Shown here one piece after another: positions 1 through 12,943 of a stretch of DNA of 64,000 bases; positions within the stretch are counted from its first letter, which is position 1; every line of letters begins with the position of its first letter. A program made the position numbers and the translations under genes. The notes under the pieces are model-generated. The model did not search any database. It saw nothing but the letters and a program-made list of their open reading frames with translations, and was not told the origin of the DNA. The DNA is from Octopus vulgaris (lineage: Eukaryota), in contig OX597819.1 of assembly GCA_951406725.2 (NCBI GenBank), positions 81,344,001-81,408,000 of the forward strand. The letters are read 5' to 3'.

Positions 1-640
1 CATGCAAACAACATCTAGGTGAAAATTTGTATCTGATTCTTTCTTTTTTTTTTTTTTTTGGTTTTTGAAACAGGACAATTCTTTTCCCTTGTTAAGATAT
101 AATTTAGATAATGCTTGTTCTTGCAATAACCAACAGAATTTCATTTGATAGGGTAAATTGACATCATCGCATCATCTATCATGAACATGTATCGAAACTG
201 GCAATGCCTCATAATATTCGTTCGAATACTGTTCCCAGAACCGATAACTTTTTGCAAAATGTCATTCAAAATGACAGATTTGGCTCAGGTATTCTGCTGA
301 TGCTTAAAACAACGAAAACAAACCAGTAGATTGGGATTTGAGAGTTCTCTTTTAAGATGTTCAATAAATCCTTCATTTTCTCCAGTCGTAGATGATGCGT
401 CATCAATACAAACACACACCAAGACGGTGAAAACTCGATTACTTTAAAGTTGTTGAAAAGTCAATTCCCCACGTCTTCTCGTTTAGAGCGTCTATGGCAA
501 TTCATGCAATTCTTTAAATACATAATAATCTCCAGTTACAACACAAACAAAATACAATACTGGAGATGAATCAATGGAATCTGTTGATTCATCTAAAGTT
601 ATTGAGTTGATATACAGGTTTCTTCTGGAATTGTCGTTGG
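1..640 (-). mobile_element. Degenerate hAT (SPIN/Buster/Charlie-like) transposase remnant
   Basis: Manual minus-strand translation: SITLDESTD (LDESTD at 579-596), ...VCVCIDDASSTTGENEGF..., FRCFKHQQN, NSIR...RHCQF..., LPYQMKFCWL. These match the DESTD / TDGA / HCxxH / RWLS motif order of hAT transposases. Stops and frameshifts present. Confidence 0.75.
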
Positions 641-699
641 AAGTTAGTCTCTTACATTGCAAGCAAATTCCTGTTGCTGGTCTGTTTATGATACATTTC

Positions 700-1637
700 T
701 TGAACTGATTATTAGAATTTAAGTGTAAGTTGGTATGTTATGGAGTCGTGTAATACAGTCATTGTTCACAATGTTTGAATGTTTGATGAACATTTTCTAT
801 TAATTCATTAGTGCTTGTCATAGAGCTGTATAGTCGATGTTTTCTTCTGTTCGGTTTGCAGACGCTGTTCTAGTCGTTGGTGTGAGTGTAAATTTGGTTG
901 TGTTTGTTCTTGGTGTGATGTTTGTGGTATTGGTTATGTTTATGGTGATGACGTGTCTGCTGATGATAGTGGCGGACGTAGTGGAGTTCGTGTTGATGTT
1001 GCTGTAGGACGTGTTGCTTTTAGCTTTCTCCAGTCAGCATTTTGCATGTATGAATTTATTTCATGTTTTCTTTTCCTTTCTCTTCTTACGGGGACGGTTT
1101 TCCAATGTTCTTTCCCTTCACCTTCACCGCAAGACATATCGGAGGGATCCTAAACAGGAAAGGTATTTCCCTGTGGTATTGTGTTGGTGTTGTTGTGAGG
1201 AACTCTGTTGTTGATATTGTCGCTGGTGTATTTGGAACCTCTGCTTCTGTTGTTGCAGTCTCTGTGGCTGATGTTACTGGTATGTTTACCCGCTGCAGTT
1301 ATTGTGGGTGCTGTATTTGTGGTGTTGGCAAAAGTGGAGATCTTTTTTTCTTTCTTGATTCTTTGAGGACAGGGTAAAACTTCTGCATATGTAACATCTT
1401 GGCCTTCCCCACTCCTGTGTCATACATAGCTGAATGCCGTGCAGGAGGTCGATCAGGCCAAGTATGTTTTCATTGTTTTTCTTGATTTGCATGTATTGTC
1501 AGTTCCATAACTACTCCTGGTCAGCTTTGCTTTGGTATTTTCATCACCTCCAAGATTATTGTCTCCTACTTTCTATCGGACAAGATGTCCTTCACCAACA
1601 AGGCGATGGTTATTTCTGGCGACATATTTCTCAATGC
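700..1637 (-). mobile_element. Possible decayed LINE (L1/Tx1-like) ORF1 remnant
   Basis: Broken frames with GRPRCYICRS (zinc-knuckle-like start), a Thr/Pro-rich tract and a basic WKTVPVRRERKRK motif. No continuous ORF. Confidence 0.35.
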
Positions 1638-2369
1638 TAAAACAGAGAAAAAAGGTTAGAAAATTTACTCGAGTATAGAACATTTAAGTTTTCTTTCGAG
1701 ACATTGTGATGCGGCTTTCGGAAGATGTTCACGTGAAATTTTACTTCATTTATTAACTGGAGTCTATTACAAAATAAAGATATATCTGCAAGTCAGTTCA
1801 GTGTACTAATTGTGGTATTCAGAGGCTAAACTTCAACGAGGGTTATTTCGATAATTTCCTATCCTAACCACCCCATCTCTATCTGATCTGGAGATTTTTC
1901 AACTCGAAATACCACTTTATGTAAAATGACGGGCTTTTGATTTCAGATACCAAAAATATAGGTATTTTCATGCTTGTGCATTTTTCTTTTTCAAAATTTA
2001 ATAATGCTTTACTAAACATTTTTTTCGTAGCAATTCTAAAATTAAAGTTATTTGATCAATATACAAACATTATATGTGCTGTTGATCAAATTGCTACTTG
2101 CTTTCCTTTATACTTGATCTATAATATTTGAAAGTGCTTACGAGTTATGTATATTGAACTAACATAAAATATACACTCCCTGAAAGTGTTCATTACAAGT
2201 GAAGCATTGTACAAACAGTCACATTTGACTACAAATGTTAATTTCTCAAATATTCCTCAAATTGTCAAAATAAGGCTAATCTGATTTGTTCCACAATTGC
2301 TGGCTACCGGATCATCTCAGGACTTCACCGTAAGAATACGAATCTACATGGAAGTTTCTACGCCGTCAC

Positions 2370-2555
2370 GTGACCAGCTTGAAATAGCAACCAAATATAC
2401 TGCCAGTAACATTCTGACGCCATAAAAATAAATTATTCGTGGAATAACGGTAGGCCTAGATACATTATATCAGAATAAAAGACTGGAGAATCACTGATGT
2501 AACGTTTTTGGTCATAGGTCTTCTGTATCAGGGCTGACCTGGGATAAACAACGAC
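2370..2555 (+). mobile_element. Old interspersed repeat family (SINE/LINE tail-like); related copies near 26160-26230(-), 26505-26690(+), 37255-37400(-), 39085-39270(+)
   Basis: Recurrent degenerate motif series gctagaaatagc..ccaaat...gataat.tagt.ctagatac...gctggaat...gatcatagg...gggctaaacaac across the copies. Confidence 0.5.
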
Positions 2556-3804
2556 TATTTGGAGAGCATGAACCGTGTATTTTTTTTCTATATTTCTTAA
2601 TTATAGAATTAGGCTTCACTTCGAACTTACTGTTAAGAAGACAATGATATGTTTTAGTTTAATGTAGAAACGTGGATAAAACCGTTGTTACATATTTTAT
2701 ATCGTGACTAGAATAATCAGATTTTATTATGTTTAGTATTTCCTGCTAAAATCAAGTTTAAAATTGATGTTTGGAAACAAGCAGTGTTAATTGTCTGAAA
2801 TTATGTGTTACATGACTGAAGGAGGATAAGAAAAAAATAAAAGCGAGAGTAAAATAAAAACATAGTATTTTTAAGTTTCTGTAGGTTACGATCTGGAAAG
2901 TTTGTTATTAACGTAAATTTCTCGGGGTTTATTTTTATTTTAGAAAAAAACTATTTCAAATTATTCAATCAAAGTTTAAGTTTTAGTTTTAGTTGAATTA
3001 TGTGTAGGTGTCGTCAATCAAGTTCTGCTTCAAATGAAATTATTACCTGCTTTAGTTAAAGATCAAGTGTATAACAGTTCCAGTAATGATATAATCACTG
3101 TCTCTGGACATACAAATAAAAACCGTAGAAAACATTTGACACTCTATAGGAATATCAAACAGCAATATAATAGCATGTTAAGAAACTATGCACAAACCAA
3201 ACTATAATCGTTCTCACAAATCCTTCAGTTGACACATCCTCCATTTATCCTCATTTTCTTTGTTTATTTGTTGTCTTATTTTCTCTTTTCTCAAGTATCT
3301 TTTCCTAATGTAATCCATTACACTCAGTGATTTCTCCATTAACAAAATCTGACTTAAAAACGTTATATATATTTTTCTTCTTTGTTTGGTTCTAATTTTC
3401 TAGTTATGCTAATGGCTATTTCAAGAACTATTATTATTTATAATCGATAATCAGCAAAATTTTCTTTACTCTGCATTTTTATTAAGAAAGAAATTAACAT
3501 AAACTAAGGAAGTTTTTTTTCTTCTTTTTACTTGGAATTAGTCGAATTAGAAACCTTTTGAAATGGTTTTAATGACTACATTATAAAACCTCCAGTTAAG
3601 GAACTCTAATCAAATATTACCTTCTACATTAATTGAAGCAACCGGCTGGATTATGAAAACAGTTTTGCGTTTGAAACATCCTTTTCTATCAATGACAAAG
3701 TGATTTTATATTAGAACGCATCAGCTTTATCAACATCATCATCATTAACAGCAGTAGTGTCCTCCTCTCTTTTTTTCATCACTATTCTTATTAGTATCAT
3801 CACC

Positions 3805-3844
3805 GTTATTATTATTGTTGTTGTTGTTGTTGTTATTATTATTA

Positions 3845-3918
<74 letters not shown>
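3805..3918. repeat. (TTA)n/(TTG)n microsatellite; more (TTA)n arrays at about 4008-4055, 5192-5221, 5429-5518, 7090-7143, 7355-7447, 29576-29685
   Basis: Seen directly. Confidence 0.95.
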
Positions 3919-3920
<2 letters not shown>

Positions 3921-4006
3921 TATACGCACAACAAATTAGACTGCTGGAAAAGAAAAATTCCTAACATCGGGCTACAACATGTAACCCTAGATGCCAAAAA
4001 CCGTCC

Positions 4007-4055
<49 letters not shown>

Positions 4056-4094
4056 TTATTAATTAATTAATTAATTTATTTATTTATTTATTTA

Positions 4095-5190
4095 AGCCGT
4101 CGCACAATATCCAATATCGTGAAGCTGTTGATTGAAAATATTGTGTCTACCTGGTGTTTGTACTGTCTGTCGAGTAGAACAAGGACCTCAAGACAGTATT
4201 TTACGCAATGGTACTTTACTTGCTACATTTTGGAGATCTCTATTCTCAGTTTTCCAAGTTTCTCAATCTTTTCTCTTTCTTTCATGTTAATATGTTGATT
4301 CTCTGGCACTACCACGTCGATTATTAGGCACTCTTGTTTGTCCCTCCAAAAGGTTACTATGTCCAACATTCGGTGCTCTAATACCTTGTCTGTCTGGAAA
4401 TCAAAGTTCCAGAGGATTTTGCCTTCTCCTTTTCTGATGTGTATTGGTACCAAGCACCCGTTACCTCGTATCCATACTTTCAACATAGTAGCCAGTGAAG
4501 TTTCTGCACAACCTTGACGTTTCTGCGCTTGTAATCTTTCTGCGCAAGACTTTCACAGGCACAAACAATGTGAGTCATGCTTTCGACCCTCTTCCACACA
4601 TCATGCAGAGGTTCTTTGCACATGTGCGGTATATATAAGATTTCACTGAGTTGGTATTCAATGCCTGATCCTGGGCAGCATTGACTAAGCTTCCAGTTTT
4701 CGTTTTTGGGTCACCCTTGCTGAACCACTTCCATGATGCTTCCTGGTTTTTTAACTTGTTAGTTTCACGGTGGAACTAACTATGTAATTCCATGCGGAGT
4801 AGAGTTAATGCACCCGCGTACGCTAATCAGCCCACGTCCACCTTTAAACCTCTTCATGTAGAGCCTCTGTACGTCCCTTAGGGTGGAGGGCATCATGCAC
4901 TGTCAATGTCTTTCGAGTTGTGCGATCGAGTTGGTCAATCTCCGCTCCTGTCCATTTCAAGATGGGTACACTATGGTGGACTACAGCGACAGCCCATATG
5001 TTGATGGCAGTCACAAGGTTCCTTTAGTTGAGTTTTGATTTCAAGGGGAGTTTGAGGCGCTTGAAATATACAGTGATGACCTTGTCTTTCCTTTCTCTGT
5101 GCCAGATATTGTCCAGCTCCAGGATTCCAAGGTATTTGTACCCATCATCATCCGGGTCTTCCGTTATCTCTCCGTTTAGCAATTCTACGC
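4095..5190 (-). mobile_element. 5'-truncated R4/Dong-like non-LTR retrotransposon (end of RT, CCHC region, restriction-like endonuclease), degenerate
   Basis: YKYLGILE at about 5120-5142, KRLKL.LKSKLN..NLVTAINIWAV, a Cys/His knuckle, then KILWNFDFQTDKVLEHRMLDIV...CLIIDVVVP...KEREKIEK (ORF 4223-4486). Flanked on both sides by (TTA)n. Confidence 0.85.
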
Positions 5191-5223
<33 letters not shown>

Positions 5224-5428
5224 GTCAGCGAGCTGGCAGAGTCGTTAGCATGCTGAACGAAATGCTTAGCGGTATTTCACTCGTCTTTACATTTTGAGTT
5301 CAAATTCCACCGAGGTTGACTTTGCTTCTCATCTTTTCGGGAGCGATAAATTAAGTGCCAACGAAACTCTGAGGTCGATGTAATCGACTAGTCCCCTCCC
5401 ACCAAATTTTGTGCCTCCAGTAGAAAAG
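5224..5428 (+). mobile_element. SINE family B (tRNA-like head plus Nin-domain-like core)
   Basis: gagctggcaga..cgttagca...gagttcaaattcc.ccgaggt.gactttgc.t.tcatc.tttcggg..cgataaattaagt; A/B-box-like head; many copies in the window. Confidence 0.85.
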
Positions 5429-5518
<90 letters not shown>

Positions 5519-5519
5519 G

Positions 5520-5790
5520 AGGCGGTGAGCTGGTAGAATCGTTAGTACACCGGACAAAATGTTTATCGGCATTTTTTCCGGCTTACATACTGGGTTCAAA
5601 TTCTACCGAGACCGACTGTCTTTCATCCTTTCGAGGACGAGGAAATATCAACCTCAGAGATCGACTGGCACTCATTTCATCTATATCCCTTCGGAATGGA
5701 TGAAATAAGTACTGGTTGAGCAAAGGGGTCGATATAATCGACGAGACCCCTTCTTTAAAATTCCAAGCCTTGCGCGTATGTAGAAAGTAT
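5520..5790 (+). mobile_element. SINE family B copy with internal insertion
   Basis: Same head and core as 5224-5428. Confidence 0.8.
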
Positions 5791-6944
5791 TATTATAGTT
5801 ATTGTGGTTATTATTATTATTCAATAATATTATTATTCAAGTAAAATAAGCATCACTAGTAGTCTGGAGCTGATCAAATATACTGCACCTCTATCTAGAA
5901 ATCATCAGTTCTTATTGCTAGTCCAATAAAAATATTCTATTGTGTGTCTTAACTGCACACTCGTGCTTTATTCAGTGTTTCCTGTCATATTGGAAGTATC
6001 CTATGTAATACTTGTATTACAAAGGATACTTAGCAGTAACATTTTCTTCATTTGTGTATGAGTATTTGTCTGCATCTAATTTAATCATTTCCAATTATCA
6101 TAGGTCTTGCTTCTCCGTACTGAAATCCAACATTTAAGTTGTCTCTATTTCCAAATCTGTATAATTTCTCGACTTCTTTTTTAGGTGTGCTATCGTCAGT
6201 TAAAACATATACTTAATACTGAGACATCCCCCCCGCCCCCGAGAATTCTTGACAATATTTAGTTGATGGCTTATAAAGCCTTTGGTAACAATATCCAGTC
6301 ATTTAGCCTTAACCATTACTATTGTTGTTTCCATGTTATTGATATTTTATAAAAAAAACACCGAGAGTTCCATTTCATTAAACAGGATTTATGTACAACA
6401 GAGGAAACATGCATAAAAGTCTAGACAGTAATCGAAAATGTTCAAGGTTAACAAACGCTGCGTAATTCTCTAACAAAATTTCTAAAACGTGCCTCTATCA
6501 ATCCTTATTGGTAATTTGTCAAACTCTCTACAGAAATTATTATGTACAGCTTAGGTAGTGTCAATTACAAATGAGATAATAAAATCATTTCTTGTTTCTA
6601 ACTCACTCCTTTTATAATTCACTAGTTAGGTCAGCGTGAATCCATAGCTTTTCAAATCGTTTCAGCTCTTTCCTGTACATTATTATATTCATAGAATTAT
6701 AGTACAACATTTCTTCAACATTTTTATATAAACTTTCTAAGTTGTTGTAGTTTATGAATTCTAGGTCCAATATCACATAATATTTTACGGTTGACTTTAC
6801 AAATGTGCTTTCACAGGCGCATGCAAAGTTTTATTTTCACCTTTACCCATCTATTTGTCGACCATCATCATCTTCACCATCATCGTCCTCCTCCTTCTCA
6901 TCATCATCATCACCATAGTCATTGTCATCGTTATCGTCCGTCCT

Positions 6945-7111
6945 ACATTCTGAGTTCAAATTCCACCGAGGTCGACTTTACCCTTCATCTTTTCGGAGTC
7001 GATAAATTCAGTACCAGTGAACACTGGGGTCGATATAATCGACTTAACCCTCCCCCAAAATGGCTACCCTTGTGGCAAAATTTGAAACCATTATTATTAT
7101 TATTAATATTA

Positions 7112-7145
<34 letters not shown>

Positions 7146-7355
7146 GGCGGCGAGCTGGCAGAATGTTAGCACACCGGGCAAAATGCTTAGCGGCATTTCA
7201 CCCATCTTTACGTTCCGAGTTCAAATTCTGCCGATGTCGACTTTGCCTTTCATCTTTACGGGGCCGATAAATCAAATACCAGTGGAACACTGGGATCGAT
7301 GCAATCGACTAGTCCCCTCCCCACAAATTTGAGGCCTTGTGCCTCCAATAGAAAT
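6945..7355 (+). mobile_element. Two SINE family B copies (partial 6945-7090, full 7146-7355) in (TTA)n
   Basis: Same consensus. Confidence 0.85.
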
Positions 7356-7375
7356 TATTATTATCATTATTATTA

Positions 7376-7448
<73 letters not shown>

Positions 7449-8392
7449 TTCATGCTATTTTAGTTAGCAGGGATGTCTTAAAGTTTGATGACAAGGCTCC
7501 TCAAATCTCAAAAGTCTTTCTTAGGAGCCATACAGAATACAGGTACCACCACCATCATCATCATCATCATCATTTACCCTGCACAATCAGCTACTGATAT
7601 TTTGTTTTATTACGTGACATACTTTATTATAAAACATAACAATATCAGTTGATAGCAAAACAAATTTATGTTGTGCACTAATTTATAGGTAGTTATTGAC
7701 ATGTTATATTCTTTCTGTAAGTATGTTTTATTCGGTTTTAGAAACCTCGATATGATGTACACCTTTTTTTTCTTCTGATTCATAAACTGCTTAAAGCCTA
7801 GTTCTTTCTATTCAAAATAAATTGTTTTTTGTAAAAATGTCATTTTTTTTTGTTAGAAATTTAATAGTGCTGCTGTATTCTGAGCTATAATTTGAAATAA
7901 GTATATATATATATTCAGTTCTAGGTCGGTCTAAGTCCGCGAATCTAATTTCCTTTGTTTATTATACATTGTCTATATTCCACTGAAGATTTCCAGTGTT
8001 CGATTGTGTATCTCTTATGTTCTGTTGCTGGTGTACAGTGCTCTGTTCCTTGCCTGATCTATTTATTTTTATAAGTTTGTTGTGGGCTTGTTGCTTGTTC
8101 TCGTGTAGATCTACGCTGTGTTTCCTAATGAGTTTCTGTTCCGAGTAACAAGTTTATAGATTGAACGTAAGTTTTGCCATTTTATTTAAATGAACTTTAT
8201 TATGAAGTCCGAAGTGAAATTGAAAATAGTTAGCAACACATTAAAGCAACAGTGATAAAATCACGTTTAAAATGACAAAGTAAAGCTACAAGCGGTTATT
8301 CAAATTTACAACTCATTAATTTCTGCCAGTGTACATTACAACAAATTTGAAACCACAGTGTAATAAATTTAATAAATTATAATGCAATATAA

Positions 8393-8605
8393 GGCATCGA
8401 ACTGGCAGAATCGTTGCTTGCACCGGAAAAATGCTTAACAGCATTTTTTACGACATAACCTTCTGACTCCAAATACCGCCGGAGTCACTTTGCCTTTCAT
8501 CCTTTCAGGGTCGAAAAAACAAGTACCAGTAGAGCAACGGGGTTGATATCATTGACCTACATCCTCCCCTGAAATTGCCGAGCTTGTACCACAATTTGAA
8601 ACCAA
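8393..8605 (+). mobile_element. SINE family B copy
   Basis: Same consensus, tail cttgtaccacaatttgaaacc. Confidence 0.8.
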
Positions 8606-8795
8606 TAAATTATAATGCGATATGTCTTATCTATTCTGCATTTGTCAATTCCATTATGAAACCCTTTTGAAAGAAAATATTCATGCGGTTCGATTTTATA
8701 CACCAGTATTGTATGTACTGTTTCGCTCGAGATGAACTTATTATCATTTTCCAACCACTCACAGATACAAGAACATATATAATAATAGGTGTTCT

Positions 8796-9675
8796 GTGAA
8801 ATTATCATATAGCTGCTGCCCCAATATGAAGAGTATCATTACACGTGGTCAATACCAAGAGCTTGACCCAGGATCCTGTCCACTTTACCAGCAATGTATG
8901 ACTAAATCTATTATATATGAGGCAGAAGTTACTGCAACCTTAAATAATAATACAACTGATAAGAATACCTATATTTGATTATGTGAAGGTGAATTTAAAA
9001 ATCGCTATGCCAATTACATAACCTCCTACCGACGTGATGACAAAAGTAGAGCTACTAAGTTAGCTAGCTACGTATGGACTTTGAAAGATAACGAAATACC
9101 GCATGTGTTTAAATGGAAAGTAATTGAGAAATCCATACCTTACGTGAATAAATCGAATAAATGTAGACTTTGTTTGGGTGAAAGAGCGCAGATCCTGTTC
9201 AGATTTAAGATCCCTAGCTCTCTGTTGAACTTCAGGTCAGAAATTGTCAGTGGTTGCATGCATATGTATAAGTATATTTTGAAGAATTGGAAAATTCTGC
9301 CTATTAATGACTAACTTGATATCTTTCCAACCTTATCATTTAAGGTCTAAGGAGGATAGCTCTTTTACCTTTTTAATTTTTACATTTTAGTTTCTCTTTT
9401 TCGTTTCCCGTTTTCCGTTGTTTACTGTCTGCATTTTTTGTATGCTGCCGTCTCAGTTTTCTCGTATTTTTTCAGTTTTTTCGCGTTTCTTCTATTATTC
9501 AATTTCTTTAGTTTGTTATGATATGTGGTTTGCGCCTGAAGAATATGTTTGAGTTTTCTCAACATATGAAACTATTGGTTGCGCTTTAATACATGCATTA
9601 TAACCTTTAAATAGATATTTATCTCTCTCCAGAAGGAGTACATCTTTTTTAATTTTCTATACGGATCAGTACATC
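8796..9675 (+). mobile_element. 5'-truncated Penelope-like element, Naiad-type GIY-YIG endonuclease plus 3' UTR/pLTR
   Basis: One frame 8796-9314 with a single stop: KLSYSCCPNMKSII...CPLYQQC.TKSIIYEAEV...TYI*LCEGEFKNRYANY...TKLASYVWTLKD...KWKVI...CRLCLGE...LLN.RSEIVSGCMH. Ends at (TA)n. Confidence 0.85.
9532..9584 (+). ncRNA. Type I hammerhead ribozyme motif in the PLE 3' end
   Basis: gcgc CTGAAGA atatgtttgag-tttt-ctcaacatat GAAAC tattg GTT gcgc: stems I, II and III all present. Confidence 0.75.
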
Positions 9676-9797
9676 ATATATATATATATATATACTATAT
9701 ATATACACACACACCTATAGTTACATTAGGCTTTAGTCATAATTGATAAAGCCTCTAAGCATGTTGCTTCAGCCCGCTAAACGGAGGATTTTAACAT

Positions 9798-9960
9798 AGG
9801 CGCAGGAGTGTCTGTGTGGCAAGTACCTTGCTTACCAGCCACATGGTTCTGGTTTCAGTCCCACGGCGTGGCACCTTGGGCAAATGTCCTCTACTATAGC
9901 CTCGGGCCGACCAAAGCTTTGTGAGTGGATCTGATAGATGGAAACTGAAAGAAGCCCGTC

Positions 9961-10026
<66 letters not shown>

Positions 10027-10111
10027 GTACACGTTTGTGTGTTTGTCCCCGTAACATCGCTTGAAACCGGTGCTGGTGTGTTTACGTCCCCGTCACTTAG
10101 CGATTCGGCAA
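9798..10111 (+). mobile_element. SINE family A (tRNA-derived, internal (TA)n/(TG)n), 3'-truncated
   Basis: ggcgcaggagtg.ctgtgtgg.aagta.cttgcttacca.ccacatggtt...gaaactgaaagaagcccgtcg(TA)n...; many copies in the window. Confidence 0.85.
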
Positions 10112-10425
10112 CTACAATGCTATCATTTTTTGTTTTTGTTTTTGTTAAAAGTATTCTTTTCAACTGTCTACAAACACAGCAGGCTGAAATAATTAATGCA
10201 TTCTTTCAGGAGATAATAAAAAAAATTCTCAAACTTGAGGGAATGGTCTCCTTAGATACTAACATAGGTCCCCATATATGGATTCTAATGGCGCAGGGGC
10301 CCACTTGCTATCGGACAAGCTGACAACCAGGCCAGTCCGCCACTGTATGTATGTATGTATGTATCTATGTATGTATGTATGTATGAGTATCACTGGTTTG
10401 TATTACTAATTTTCCGTCTCTCAAT

Positions 10426-10600
10426 ACCTATTTCTTTACTACCCACAAGGGGCTAAACACAGAGGGGACAAACAAGGACAGACAAACGTATTAAGTCGAT
10501 TATATCGATCACAGTGTGTAACTAGTACTTATTTAATCGACCCCGAAAGGATGAAAGGCAAAGTCGACCTCGGCGGAATTTGAACTCAGAACGTAACGGA
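10426..10600 (-). mobile_element. SINE family B, long-tail subfamily
   Basis: Reverse complement of the core plus tail tttgtcccctctgtgtttagccccttgtgggtagtaaagaaatagg. Confidence 0.85.
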
Positions 10601-11186
10601 ACTGGTTGTTTAAAACCTGAACATTTTCTTCTTCACATCAGTTCATGTACTATCCATATAGTTGCAGATCTATAAAATAACCTTTACAGAAGAGAAAACG
10701 TAAAGAAAAGTTTCGATTATGTAAAGCGATTAAATGTAATGTATAAATAATATATCTGTTATGGGTACAAGTATTTAACATGTGGCACATCAAGCTATTA
10801 ACCATATCTCGATGAGTAGGTGGAACAACGTCTGGTTTAATGCTTCTCGTATCGCCAGACGAAGAAGTATTAGTATGGCGACGTGCTGGTTCGGTCAGGA
10901 AGCGTTAAACTTTTGGGTCTATTCATGACAATTCCTATTGAGTTGCAACAAAACGATCTTTATTTTATAGCAATACCAACCCCTGCGTGTCCTGCTCTTC
11001 GATTCAGCAACGAGTTGACTTTAGACTTCTTTTATTTACTGTTTTTCTTCATTTCTTTACTTCCCTCAGAATCGTTCTCAGCTTCATTTATTTCTGTATT
11101 TAATTCCCATTCGAAATCTTTTTTCAGTGTTGCAATCTGACACCTTCTCTCCCCAAATCTTACTTTCTTACTATCTATTTTCCATT

Positions 11187-11220
<34 letters not shown>

Positions 11221-12129
11221 TTCATTGTTTCTTGAATCACTATATCTTCTCTCTTTCTGCTTTCTCTTTTTTTTCCCCTTGTTGTCCCCTTTTTCTACTC
11301 TACTCTACTCTCTCTCTACTCTACTCTACTCACCTGGTCATCTGCACACACATGCAGACAAAACACCTATATGAACACGAGCAGACAAACAGAAAAATAA
11401 ACATATATTTCTCTGAACGAAAAGCAAAATATGCAAGAAGTAAAAAGAAAGCTGCTTTCTGCCAAGAGTGGCGTGTGAAAATGTCATGACCACTTGGTTT
11501 CTGTCAAGGAGAAATGCTAGGCCCCATACTGTTTCTATTACATGACCACAATAGATCAGCACCGATAGAAACAGAGCGTCACACGCACACACTGGCCGTA
11601 GCATATGACGTCGCCATTAAAATAGCGGCGACAAGAGTAATTATTGAATTCTTTGCGGGGATGACTTTGTATCTCTTTAAAAACCAGTCAAATAACTGAA
11701 TACATTTTTAGATATGTTGCAAATTGAACCTGTCTCTTCTTCTTCAACGATCCATACATTCTATACAAGAGGGAATACTTTTGCTTCTTTCGATAGAAAA
11801 CGCTATTTTGATTGTTGCCGATATTGTGGTTTTGTTGTTGTTCTTATCGTCGTTGTCGTCGTCATCGTCGTTCTTGTTATTACGGTCGTGGCTGATGTTG
11901 TTATAGTTGTTTTATTCTGACTTCATTTCTAAAGTGTTTCTTAGCTTTTTCTGTAGGCTTAAACGTAAGCATATGAAAATGCGAATCTATGTAAGTATGT
12001 GAATTCATGCAATTCTCTATATACATATGTATTAAGAAGTGCTTGTAAAAATGTGCTTTTCAGTTAACTGAGTTTGTAAATGTGTATACGGGTGTGTACC
12101 CGTAACTTAAAATGCGACCCGCTGTGAAT

Positions 12130-12330
12130 CATTGTAAAGTAGTGTGGTGTGTCTCCCCTCTTTCGCCCACATCGGGATCTTTCTTCTTTCTTCCTTCTCT
12201 TATGTTTCCGACGAAGAGCTCCGCTCGAAACGTCATACCTTCCTTCTTCCATTTTCCTGAGCGCCTAATAATAATAATACTGTAATTGTTCCACGTGTTG
12301 TTTTTTCTGTTTTCCCGTTTGGATTAACCT
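12130..12330 (+). mobile_element. PLE-type 3' end with hammerhead-like motif (12201-12238); reverse copy of the same 3' end at about 35560-35640
   Basis: CCGACGA a gagc-tcc-gctc GAAAC GTC. Downstream cctgagcgcct..taataatactgtaattgttcca...cccgtttggattaa is shared with 35560-35640(-). Both abut (TA)n. Confidence 0.65.
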
Positions 12331-12750
12331 ATATATATATATATATATATATATACATGGATATACACACACATATATACAAACATATATGCATATGCAT
12401 ATATATATATATATATATATACATGGATATACACACACATATATACAAACATATATGCATATGCATATACATATATATATACATATATGCACATACATAT
12501 AAACACACATATATCTATACTTATATATATACATATATATACACATATATATACATATATATATATTCACACACATATATATGTATATATATAAGTGTGT
12601 GTGTGTGCGTGTGTGTATAGAGTGTAGATGTGGTATACGGAAATTGAATATTTAGGAAAAAGCTCGTCAGAATTTTGGAAAAAATCTTTTCTATTTCTTC
12701 ATTGTTATTGCATATACATATATACATATATGTACATATACATACATATA

Positions 12751-12810
<60 letters not shown>

Positions 12811-12861
12811 TACATATATGTATACATATATATATATACACATATATACATATATGTATAC

Positions 12862-12940
<79 letters not shown>
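12330..12940. repeat. Compound (TA)n/(CA)n microsatellite with a local tandem duplication of about 65 bp
   Basis: Seen directly; catggatatacacacacatatatacaaacatatatgcatatgc occurs twice. Confidence 0.9.

Positions 12941-12943
<3 letters not shown>

Noticed and set aside
700-1637. Large host coding exon after a good splice acceptor
   Set aside because: All three minus frames contain early stops; looks like decayed retroelement sequence.
8976-8978. In-frame TGA as possible selenocysteine in the Naiad-type EN
   Set aside because: It falls at the Gly of the YIG motif (GGA to TGA), not at a Cys position; most simply a nonsense mutation.
9798-9875. tRNA genes at SINE heads
   Set aside because: A/B-box-like motifs only; no complete cloverleaf, and always fused to SINE bodies.
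11604-11640. SECIS-like ATGA-stem-AAA-GA hairpin
   Set aside because: Helix and 3' spacing are too short for a eukaryotic SECIS, and there is no upstream ORF.
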